Source of the DNA: Eledone cirrhosa
Lineage: Eukaryota
Assembly: GCA_964016885.1 (NCBI GenBank)
Contig: OZ024761.1
Span: forward strand, 22,196,001-22,260,000
DNA: 64,000 nt
Direction: 5' to 3'
This document shows, piece after piece, positions 13,878 to 24,285 of this stretch (position 1 is its first letter; every line of letters starts with the position of its first letter). A program made the translations under genes and the position numbers. The notes under the pieces were generated by a model that was not told where the DNA came from, did not search any database, and worked only from the letters and a program-made list of their open reading frames with translations.

Positions 13878-14153
13878 ACACACACACACATGTACATATA
13901 TACATATATGTTTATCCTGGGTTCAATCGGAGGTAACCACAGTAAGTAAAGTACTCAATACATAGCAGAGTATAAATATTTAATATAGAAATGACTTCTA
14001 CAGAACTAGAACTGTTTCATTCAGGAGTTCTAGTCTTGACGAAGCCATTTCTATATTAAATTTATATATATACACACACACACACACACATATATATATA
14101 CACATACATATATACACACACACACACATATATACACACACACATATACACAC

Positions 14154-14184
<31 letters not shown>

Positions 14185-14217
14185 TATATACACACACACA
14201 TATATACACACACACAT

Positions 14218-14248
<31 letters not shown>

Positions 14249-14629
14249 CTCTCATATACATATACACATATATATATGTTTCAATGTGCAGTGGAGTGAA
14301 TAGTATCAACTTTAAAAATCTGAAACCATAGAGATTTCCAGAGGTTGGCTGAGGAGATGGGACTGTACATCTCTCCATTGACTGGAGAAGGGCTGTAGTT
14401 ATGGGTGGGTGGGAGTCTGAGCTGTAGCTAGAGGCGGGGCTGCTCTGTAGTTTGGAGAGGGGCTGTAGCTATCGGAGGGCCTCACTCAGCTATAGCCAGA
14501 GGTCCCTAATGTTTAAAGAACCCCCTAGATTAATTTTATTTGATTTGTTATCATAAATATGGAAGCACCACCACCCACGCCTTGAAATTCTCAGTCAGGG
14601 GGCCTCATATACATGTTGAACTTGCCCTG

Positions 14630-15420
14630 GGGTGGTATGATGGTGGTGGTGGTGGTGGCAGTGGTATGATGGTGGTGGTGGTGGTGGTGGTGGCAGTGGT
14701 ATGATGGTGGTGGTGGTGGTGGGAATAGCTATGAAGTGGTGGTGATGGTGGTGGTGGTGGTGGTGGTGGTATGATGGTGGTGGTGGTGGCAGTGGTATGA
14801 TGGTGGTGGTGGTGGTGGGAATAGCTATGAAGTGGTGGTGATGGTGGTGGTGGTGGTGGTGGTGGTATGATGGTGGTGGTGGTGGTGGTGGTGGCAGTGG
14901 TATGATGGTGGTGGTGGTGGTGGGAATAGCTATGAAATGGTGGTGATGGTGGTGGTGGCGGTGGTGGCAGTGGTAGTGGTGGTGGCGGTGGTGGCAGTGG
15001 TGGTGGTGGCAGTGGTGGGAATAGCTATGAAGTGGTGGTGATGGTGGTGGTGGTGGGAATAGCTATGAAGTGGTGGTAGTGGTGGTGGTGGTGGGAATAG
15101 CTATGAAGTGGTGGTGATGGTGGCAGTGGTGGTGGTGATGGTGGTGGTGGTGGTGGTGGTGATGGTGGCAGTGGTGGTGGTGATGGTGGTGGTGGTGGTG
15201 GTGGTGATGGTGGCAGTGGTGGTGGTGGTGTGAGAGGAGGAGGAGAAGTGAATGTAATTTAGTTTATTCTAAGATTATAGTTATCTTTTAATAAAAGATA
15301 AAAATGATCTCTGGTACATATAGATATATATGTCACCTAGTAGAGTATGGTGGTGGTGGCGGTGGTGGTGGCGGTGGTGGTGGTGGTGGTGATGGTGGTG
15401 GTGGTGGTGGTGGTGGTGTG
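14630..15420. repeat. (GGT)n array with recurring GGGAATAGCTATGAAGT inserts
   Basis: Direct inspection. Confidence 0.85.
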
Positions 15421-15564
15421 AGAGAGTTAGAGACTTGAATGTCTGTCTGTCTGTCTGTAATATATATCTCACAGACCGTCCCAGACTAAATGTAGATTTA
15501 TTTACCAACACCACACTTAAATTCATTTGCTCCGCCAATTTTCATATCTACCTATCTATCTATC

Positions 15565-16094
15565 TCACCGAGTCCATCGTCATGATCAAACCGCCACCCT
15601 CCTTCAAAAACGAAGGAGAGGCGGTTTTCCTCTGTGTGATAGCTATGGCGAAAGAGGTTGTATGGTGGACGAGGTTGAAAGGGCTGAGGTCAGACACCTT
15701 TTTCTCCGGCCAACAACTGATTCTCTTTTTCAAATACCACTTTGGAAGAAGAATCAGGATGGAGAGAGAGGTGCTGTACCCCAGCAAGTTTTATGAAAGG
15801 TGGGTGAAAGTGGCGAGAATGGCTCGAGTGAATGGTCCTTCTCTCTATATCAGCCTGTAGGTTGAGGAAAAAGAGGAGAGCAAAGGGGTATTCACTCTTC
15901 GTACTCCTGGAGATGAGGGTTGCACATTTTTTGGGGACTATGTGTTACCCATATGCAATGTCTCCCCCCTGTTGGGGAAAATCGATTAACTTTTCAGTTG
16001 CATTTGTGATAATATTTTATACGTTTTTATTGTATGTAAACTTCCCCCTTTGTATTTGTCCCCTTCTTTTGTGCCCCTATGGCTAATAAAGAAA
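15565..16094 (+). mobile_element. 5'-truncated Tx1/L1-clade LINE (ORF2 C-terminus and 3' UTR)
   Basis: Reads VFLCVIAMAKEVVWWTRLKG...LILFFKYHFGRRIRMER...FYERW, resembling the Tx1 ORF2 end; stop at 15860; AATAAA at 16085; (ATCT)n on both sides. Confidence 0.7.
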
Positions 16095-16109
16095 CATATC
16101 TATCTATCT

Positions 16110-16447
16110 GGGGTGGAGAGAGAGGCACTGCACCCCAGTAAATTTACTGAAAGGTGGGTGAATGAAGCAAAAATGGCCCGGGTGAATGGGCCTTCTCTGT
16201 TTATAAACCTGTAGGTTGAGGAAGAGAACAAAGGAAGAAAGGAGCACTTGCACAACACGCTACTGGAGTTGAGGGTTGTTCTATCTACGGGGTATTAAAC
16301 AACCCATTTGTGGCACCTCCCCCCTATTGGGGATTTCGATTGTTGTAATTGTTTGTTTTTATATTTTTTACACGACTGTATGTAAAATCCCCGGCTTGTC
16401 TTTGTATTGTCTCCTTTTCTTGTGCGCCCTTGTGGCTAATAAAGAAA
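16110..16447 (+). mobile_element. Second diverged Tx1-like 3' fragment in tandem
   Basis: 16110-16225 is homologous to 15755-15870; ends GTGGCTAATAAAGAAA(TCTA)n. Confidence 0.7.
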
Positions 16448-17625
16448 TCTATCTATCTATCTATCTGTCTACCCATCTGTCTGTGTCTCTATCTACCTAT
16501 CTCTCTATATATAGCTATATAAACATCTATCTATATATGATATACTAATATCTCTCGATCTATCTACCTGTCTACCTATTTACCAACCCAGTTATTTACC
16601 TTACTGATTATTGTAGACTGTGAGTAATGGCTTTATATTTCTAACGTACAAACCTTATTATTGAGTGACTAAGAGATGACTGATGCTGTACCGATTCTCT
16701 TTGACTAGCTTTGTAAACCAATATCTATATCTCTCTATGTCATCATCACATGTATGTATTATGTATGTATATATATGTATATATATGTGTATGTATGTGT
16801 ATATATGTGTATTTGTATGTATGTGTATGTGTATGTATGTGTATATGTGTATGCATGTATGTGTGTATGTATATGTATATGTGTGTATGTATGTATGTAT
16901 GCATGTATGTATATCTATGTGTGTGTATGTGTGTATGTATACATGTGTATATGTATATATGTGTGTATGTGGGTGTGTATGTATATATGTGTGTATGTAT
17001 GTGTGTATGTGTATATATGTATACAAGTATATGCATATACAAGTATGTGTGTGTATACAAGTATGTATGTATGTGTACAAGTATGTGTGTGTATGTGGTG
17101 ATAGAAGTAGGATGTATATATACTAAGCCACGTCATTTAATTAGGCAGAGCTAATCAATGCTAACGAGCCACGTAACACCCCCCTCTATGTTACAGGAGG
17201 AGGAGAAGGGATGAGATAAGATCTTAATACTTATGTCACCCCCACACCTTCACACCCCACACGCCACATCCATCCTTCCCCACCCCCCTCCAATAGGATG
17301 TAGCTAAATAAATTACATCCAGAGAAAATATATAGTTATTTACTTACATACACACCTTGTCTTCCTGCTTACAGGTAGGTGATTAATTAATTAGGAAAGG
17401 TGATGAAAGGATTTAAGAGTTGATTACTGCAAACAATCCGAGAGAATTACTTACCTAGGAAAAAAAAGACAAAATAAAAAATGATTAATTTTTATAATTA
17501 ATGAAATTTTAAAGTAAAAATAAATATTTTAAATTTTTCAAAAGATTTAGTTTTTTAATGAATAACAGATCTGGAGACAGTTTATATCTGGAGACAGTTT
17601 ATATCTGTATTATTAACATATGAAG

Positions 17626-17770
17626 GGCGGTGGATTGGCAGTATCGGTAGAGGGTCGGACACCATGCTTTGACATATAGAGTTATGGCCCTTGCCATTCT
17701 GAGTTCAAATCCCGCCGAGGTTAACTTTGCCTTTCATCCTTACGGGGTCGATAAAATAAAGTACCAGTAA
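17626..17770 (+). mobile_element. tRNA-derived SINE (family A), 5' part, split by a CR1 insertion
   Basis: A-box-like TGGCAGTATCGG, B-box GAGTTCAAATCC, core GCCTTTCATCCTTACGGGGTCGATAAAATAAAGTACCAG (recalled as Meta-domain-like, unverified); continues at 19513. Confidence 0.85.
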
Positions 17771-19518
17771 TAATAATAATAATGAAATTATTGTGTAAAG
17801 TGCTCAGGTGCACTACAACTCGTCAATATAGTACATAGAATAATACACAAATGCCAGGGAAGTACATGTTTGTATGTGTTAGCTGTAGTGTTGGCGGATC
17901 TCGGGAAGCATGGAGGCCTTAAAGGATGCAGCGTCTCGACAGCTAACAACTGATGCAGGTAGTTTGTTCCATGCTTCAGCAACTCTGAGCGTGAAAAAAT
18001 GTTTCCGAAAGTCATGGGAACTGTGCTGTTTTCTTACTTTGTGGGCATGTCCACGTGTGTTAGACACATGGAAATCGAAAAGGCACTCAGGGTTGTTGTT
18101 GGCAACATGGTTAACAATTTTGTGGGTGTTTACCAAGTCAGTTGCCAGGCGTCGGAGCTTCAATGAATCCATGCCCAGGGAAGCAAGGCGATCAGAGTAT
18201 GGTAGATGCCTGATGGAGGGTATTCGCTTGGTTGCACGTCTCTGAACAGTTTCCAGGCGGTCAATGTCCTGAGCAAGATAGGGGTTCCAGACTGGTGATG
18301 CAAATTCTAAGTGTGGTCGCACCATAGCTGTATACAGCCTTAAATAGATATCTGGAGAGCGGCTGACAAAGGTCTTGCTGAGTGATGCTAAGACACCCTC
18401 GGCCCTCTTGACAATTTTAGAGACGTGCCTCGTCCAACGCAAATCGCTGCTGACCGTAATGCCCAGGTCACGTTCACAGGAAGACTTCTTGATATTAGTG
18501 CTGTGGAGGGAGTATGTGGACGCTGGGTTTTTACTCCCAAAATGCATGGTGGTGCACTTGTCCACAGCTAGCTTGAGTTGCCAGTCTGAGATCCACTGTT
18601 GCATTGTGTCCAGGTCAGACTGCAAGCAAGATCTATAGTGTTCAGGATCTGTCCTTTTTATCTCAAGGTACAGCTTGATGTCGTCTGCGTACTTTAGTAC
18701 TGTGGCATTCCTTAAGTTGGCATCTATGTCATTAATATATGCCACAAACAAAAGGGGGCCAAGAACAGATCCCTGAGGTACACCAGATGACATCTCATAT
18801 GGTGAGGAATGCTGTCCCAGAACCGTGACTACCTCTCTTCGACTGAGAATGAAGGACTTCAACCAGTTAAAAAGATCATCCTTCACACCCATTGCAGAGA
18901 GTTTTGCCATAAGCCTTTTGTGCGGCACAGAATTGAAGGCCTTCGCAAAGTCAAGGTAAACAACATCCACCCATGAGCCGCCATCAGTGATCCGGGTGAT
19001 GTCCTCAAGAAACTCTATAAGTTGATCACAGCAGCTGGAGTTGGGGATAAATCCAAATTGCGAAGGCCGGATAAGACTGTGAGAGCTCCAGAAGTTCCAA
19101 AGTGTTTCTCTGACACAGGATTCCATCAGTTTGGCGATGCAACTAGTAAGACTGACTGGACGATAGTTCACAGGTGATGTGCGGTCACCCTTTTTGAACA
19201 GAGGAATTACACTGGCAGTTTTCCACTGTTCTGGAGTAGCACTGTTGTTCAGACAGAATTGGAAGAAGCGTGATAACTGGCGTAGAAGGAAGTACCCACC
19301 ACGTTTAAGAAGCAGGTACGTAACACCATCAAGACCAGGAGAGGCATGGTTGCGTTTATTTTTTAGGTGACGTCGCAGCATTGCAGGTGTAAATTCCATG
19401 GTTGTAATAGAGTCCGGTGTCATAGGTGGTGGAGATGGTACACTCTGGTCTTCAATGGTGAAAATGCCTGCATAGCATTCAGCAATGAGCTCTGCGCATT
19501 CCTTGGGGTCGTCAGTAA
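17768..19518 (-). mobile_element. 5'-truncated CR1-group LINE
   Basis: RT ORF, short 3' UTR (GAGTTGTAGTGCACCTGAGCAC) and (ATT)n tail. Confidence 0.92.
17879..19516 (-). CDS. LINE ORF2 reverse transcriptase domain and C-terminus (CR1 group); endonuclease missing
   Basis: Motifs SPGLDGV, NYRPVSLTS, QFGF, YLDFAKAF, GVPQGSVLGPLLF, YADD, ERDLGI, VRPHLEFA, LETVQRRATK and FFTLRVAEAWN. The frame is open upstream of the tracked ATG back to the truncation point (TDDPKECAELIAECYAGIFTIED). Confidence 0.93.
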   Translation of the reverse strand, partial: TDDPKECAELIAECYAGIFTIEDQSVPSPPPMTPDSITTMEFTPAMLRRHLKNKRNHASPGLDGVTYLLLKRGGYFLLRQLSRFFQFCLNNSATPEQWKTASVIPLFKKGDRTSPVNYRPVSLTSCIAKLMESCVRETLWNFWSSHSLIRPSQFGFIPNSSCCDQLIEFLEDITRITDGGSWVDVVYLDFAKAFNSVPHKRLMAKLSAMGVKDDLFNWLKSFILSRREVVTVLGQHSSPYEMSSGVPQGSVLGPLLFVAYINDIDANLRNATVLKYADDIKLYLEIKRTDPEHYRSCLQSDLDTMQQWISDWQLKLAVDKCTTMHFGSKNPASTYSLHSTNIKKSSCERDLGITVSSDLRWTRHVSKIVKRAEGVLASLSKTFVSRSPDIYLRLYTAMVRPHLEFASPVWNPYLAQDIDRLETVQRRATKRIPSIRHLPYSDRLASLGMDSLKLRRLATDLVNTHKIVNHVANNNPECLFDFHVSNTRGHAHKVRKQHSSHDFRKHFFTLRVAEAWNKLPASVVSCRDAASFKASMLPEIRQHYS

Positions 19519-19550
19519 CATGTACTGGGTAATTGCTGGCCTTGTGCCAA
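19513..19550 (+). mobile_element. 3' remainder of the split family A SINE
   Basis: CAGTAA..GTACTGGGTAATTGCTGGCCTTGTGCCAA matches the SINE 3' part at 26008-26045 and 45838-45875. Confidence 0.75.
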
Positions 19551-19672
19551 CTTTGATTACCAGCTGAATTAATTAGAGAAATATAAAATATGAATCAAAA
19601 ACTAACCCAAAACAAACATTGAGTGTGTTTTACTATATATTTCTGGCAATATTATAACAACATGACCTTCCC

Positions 19673-19712
<40 letters not shown>

Positions 19713-19801
19713 AAAGGTAAACAGAAATAACAACACAATCGGTACAGTATATGGAAGGTATATATTAGGTTAACGCTTGATATAGCAATATATATATATA
19801 T

Positions 19802-20616
19802 CATCATCATCATCATCATTGTTTAACGTCTATCTTCCACGCTAGCATGGGTTAGATGGGAGTTGTCCCACTTGAGGCAAGATTGGTCGGGTGACCGTGT
19901 CTCGCTCATATAGGACTATCTGGTAGGTTTTCTACGGCTGGATGCCCTTCCTAACACCAACCACATTTACAGTGTGGAACTGGGAACTTTTTACCGTGTT
20001 ACCTACACTACCACATTACAACGTGGACTGTGGTTTTTTTGTCATGACACCTACACGATCTCGATCTCATTATCTCATTTATTTGGACTGGATGTTGTGG
20101 TACCAACTTTACAGAGAGAGGTTGGTGGGAGTGGGAGGATGGAGTAGGGGTAGTGGATTGGGGTGTATATTTGGTCAAGGGGTACCTACTGACTGTAGGT
20201 TTCGCTTTGTACATAGGCAAGGCGGGTCTTCTGTATTACTGCGTAGCACCAAAGATCTCAGTCCAGTGACATTGTCTTAGAGAGGTGCAAGTGTGTCAGG
20301 TCGGAATTTATCAGATCGTCCCAGGTTTTTCTGGGTCTACCTACTCCGTAACTACCATCAATTTTGACTGCCCTGCACTTTTTATACAGCTGTCATCTTA
20401 CATGCGCATCACGTGGCCATACCAACGTAGTCTTCTCTCAAGTAAACAGCATCTGATCCCTCTTATTCCTAATTTCTCACTTAGTTCGTTTATGCTTTGC
20501 CGCTCACGTATATTACTATTACACATCCAACGGAGCATGCATGCTTCGTTACTTTCCAGTCTGCACATGTCCTCTGCACACAATGCCCATGTCTCACTGC
20601 CATGTAGCATTGCTGT
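19802..20616 (-). mobile_element. 5'-truncated RTE LINE (ORF C-terminus, long 3' UTR, (GAT)n tail)
   Basis: Reads TAMLHGSETWAL...RLESNEACMLRWMC...RRLRWYGHVMRM; homologous to 62080-62885. Confidence 0.9.
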
Positions 20617-20681
20617 TAGGTAGAAGTGGTTCCACAACAGTTAGTTCACCATACTGAGAACAATTGTTTCACCTTTCATTC

Positions 20682-20719
20682 CGAGCTGAGGATCTGCTAA
20701 GGTGAAACAATTGTTCTCG
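20682..20719 (+). ncRNA. Candidate minimal type-I hammerhead ribozyme
   Basis: CGAG-CUGAGGA-UCUGCUAAGGU-GAAA-C(AAUU)G-UU-CUCG: stem I CGAG/CUCG, palindromic loop III, GUU triplet; stem II is imperfect. Confidence 0.55.
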
Positions 20720-20829
20720 CTATGGTGAACTAACTGTTGTGGAACCACTTCTATCTATCTATATATATATATATATATATATAGTTATGTAATAAACGAC
20801 ATAAGATAATTATTTCATTTACCAGTGGT

Positions 20830-20868
<39 letters not shown>

Positions 20869-20911
20869 AATAACAGGAGGGTGGGGTGGTGTAATTCCTT
20901 AAAGGTTTATT

Positions 20912-20969
20912 ATACTATGAACATTTCAATGACTAGGTTCAGTATGAATCCGGTGACATCATCAGGTAT
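20912..20969 (-). ncRNA. Candidate type-I hammerhead ribozyme
   Basis: AUAC-CUGAUGA-[imperfect stem II with UUCA/UGAA apex]-GAAA-UG(UU)CA-UA-GUAU: stem I AUAC/GUAU, AUA triplet. Confidence 0.5.
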
Positions 20970-22061
20970 TCCGAAATTTATCCAACAAAGGAATATAATA
21001 ATAGACACAATCCAAGGGGCTGAAAAGCAGAGAGAAATGCCCAAGACGAGAAGGCGGCCAAAAGTTATCAGTTGCTAGTCCGGGCGGCTGCCTTTATTAG
21101 ACATACAGAGAGAGGGGTATGAGTAGATAGAAAGGACGGTAAATAGAAGACTGTGACATTGTGTGGGAGGGAAGAAGAAGAAGGAAGGAAGAAGAAGTGT
21201 TGGTAAGTTTTTCATGTCAGTCCTTCTCTCTTACACTTAACTCAACTTCTGCTACAAGCTAACTGATGTCGCTGTTACAGAGACACACAATCACACCCTC
21301 TCTCTCTCTCTCACACACACCTGCCCCTTCTCTCTCTCACACCCCCTCCCCCCTCTGTCACACTCTTTCTCACACTCTCTCTCTCTCTCACACACCTGCC
21401 CCCTCTCTCTCTCACACTCTCCGTCACACTCTCTCTCTCACTCTCCTCTCTATCTCTCACCCCCCCCTCTATCTCTCTAACTCTGTCTTTCTCAACCTCT
21501 CCATCTCTCTCTCTCACTCTCTCTCTCCTCTCTATCTCTCACTCTCTCACTGCCTCTCTCTCTCTCTATCTATCACCCTCTCTCTCTCATCACTATTTCC
21601 GCTGTTAACATTACTGCATTAGTTGATGTGGTGAGTAAAGTCACTAGAGAAAAGCTTGTGTGTGTGTGTATGTGTGTATATGTGTGTGTGTATATGTGTG
21701 TGTGTATGTGTATGTGTGTATATGTGTGTGTATGTGTATGTGTGTGTGTATGTGTATATATGTGTGTGTATATGTGTGTGTGTATGTGTGTGTGGTATAT
21801 GTATATATGTATGGGTGTGTGTATGCATCCACACACACACACACATGATGTATGTATATGTATATATGTATCTGTGTGTATGAATATGTGCATATATTCA
21901 TCCATACACACACAAGTGGTGTATATATTTTGTATATATATATATATGTATATATGTCATCATCATCATCATCATTATGTATATATATATATATGTATGT
22001 AGTATATATATATGAATGTATATATATTTATGCATCCATACAACATACAAGCAGTGTGTGT

Positions 22062-22120
<59 letters not shown>

Positions 22121-22519
22121 GCTTGTATGTTGTATGGATGCATAAATATATATATATATATATATGTAGTATATGTATGAATGTTTATATGTGTGTGCAT
22201 CCACAGACACATACAAGTGGCACCCACCACCACCCCACTCTCAAGAGCGTGAAATTAATAAACATTCGTTGTACTGCCTCTCTGTTTTGTTCCTGTTCAA
22301 ATTTTCCATTATATATATATACACGTGTGTGTGTATATATATATATGCCACTTGTATATACACGTGTGTGTATATATATATATATACGCATGTATATGTA
22401 TGTGTGTATATATATATATATATATCTTTATATATACACGTGTGTGTATATATATATATATATATCTTTATATATACACGTGTGTGTGTATATATATATA
22501 TATATCTTTATATATACAC

Positions 22520-22554
<35 letters not shown>

Positions 22555-23051
22555 CGTGTATGTATATATATATAGATATATCTTTGCATATATATATATA
22601 TGTGTGTGTGTATATGTATATACATGTATGTGTATGTATATATATATATATATATATACGTGTGTGTGTATATATATATATATACACGCATGTATGTGTA
22701 TGTGTGTATATATATACATATATATCTTTGTCTATATATATATACGTGTGTATGTATATATATATATATATATATATATACGTGTGTGTGTATATATATA
22801 TACATGTATGTGTATGTCTGTAGACAAGATATGTTAACTATTTTAGTCTCCTCCTTCAACTTCTCAAGCTTCTGATAAGAAAAGATTTAGGTTAACTAAT
22901 ATCTATCTATTTGCATAACTTTCCTAATGATGGCTCCTCCATTACTTTCAATCAGTGACGTCCTGCTAGATCAGTTTATAGCACTTCTGTTGCTTTCTCT
23001 GACGAACATTCTTATTGTTTGGTTCATCAGCAGAGCAGTCTACTCGAAACT

Positions 23052-23405
23052 TTAACCCTTTACCATTTACATTACTCTATATACACTATTGTATTTTCAC
23101 AGTAAAGGCTTTACCTCACATAATATCTCACATAATATTTACATTACTCTATATACACTATTGTATTTTCATGGTAAAGGCTTTACCTCACATAATATCT
23201 CACATAACATTTACATTACTCTATATATACTATTGTATTTTCACAGTAAAGGCTTTACCTCACATAATATCGAATCTATGAGATTTTGATATTCTTTATG
23301 TTGAAAACAATACCTTAACATCAGTATGAGTGGCTAGTTACACCCGGTTTGAACAGAAAGAGGTGAGATAATTCTGGCCGAATATGGCTGGTTTAAATAC
23401 AAGAC
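23052..23405 (+). mobile_element. piggyBac-like MITE with about 3 internal 72-bp repeats
   Basis: Starts TTAACCCTTT; the unique part 23270-23400 is homologous to the reverse complement of 56840-56975. Confidence 0.7.
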
Positions 23406-23408
23406 CGG

Positions 23409-23561
23409 AGTATTCCACAGACACATGTACTCAGGAAGATTCAGCAGCATCATACAGTATGTGACAAGACTGTCATGCAAATGTTCAGCTATGTCACATA
23501 TTGTGTCATCCCGAATCTCCCAGAGAACTGCATTAAAGGTACACATGTCTGTGGAATACTC
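23409..23561. mobile_element. Possible 153-bp MITE
   Basis: Perfect 16-bp inverted repeat GAGTATTCCACAGACA / TGTCTGTGGAATACTC; no clear TSD. Confidence 0.45.
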
Positions 23562-23631
23562 AGCCACTTGCATGTTTAATTTGACAAGCAGGCTGTGCTG
23601 TTGTTTTAAACAACTGGAACTCTGACTCCCC

Positions 23632-23775
23632 ACCATAGGCGTCGAGCTGCCCCGCGAGCTGGAATGGCTTTTCCAGCGCGTCACCCTTGCCGTCCTCCGG
23701 GGAGACCCCTTCTTCATTCTGTCCGCCGGGGCAGTGGGGAGACAAGCTGATTATATTACGAATTCTGTTGATTAG
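23632..23775 (+). pseudogene. CRE-clade non-LTR retrotransposon C-terminal fragment
   Basis: Reads PRELEWLFQRVTLAVLRGDPFFILSAG, resembling the CRE C-terminal motif (FLFQR.S.A..RGNA..IL); CpG-rich relative to the flanks. Confidence 0.6.
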
Positions 23776-24285
23776 TCTTAAATACGTTTACATAAGTACT
23801 GTTCCTGCTTAGAGTCGTAGTAGTAACATTTCCTCTAGTATTTCCACAACACCAACAGTGTTAGTAAATAACAAACACATCAGTGAGTCCATTCTTGTAA
23901 GTCAGAAGTGATAGTGTTGAAACTCTCAGATTTGATGTTTTTAGGGAAGTTTCTAGCAAGACAGAAAGCATATGTTGACTGGGATAGGGGATACTTTTAA
24001 TGTGTTTATTTGGGGGCCAGGTTTCTCTTGATTGATGTAGGGAGCTGTGGGGTGGTGGAGAGGTGTTGGTGCTTCATCCAAAGGAGGAAAGGGATGTTGG
24101 GAAGAAGGGGGAACAGTAACCATGATATCCTTGGCATATGAAATAGCATGTTTGTTTTGACAGGATGAGGGAAGTTTGTGTAGGTGTACACTTAACTCTT
24201 TTGTTACAGCATTTCTAATGGAATAAGGTTTGGAAGGATTATATAACTAACTTTCTCGTTATTAAGCTGCTGTTTGGAACATAAC

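Noticed and set aside
17626-17720. tRNA genes
   Set aside because: The A/B boxes belong to SINE heads; no complete cloverleaf seen.
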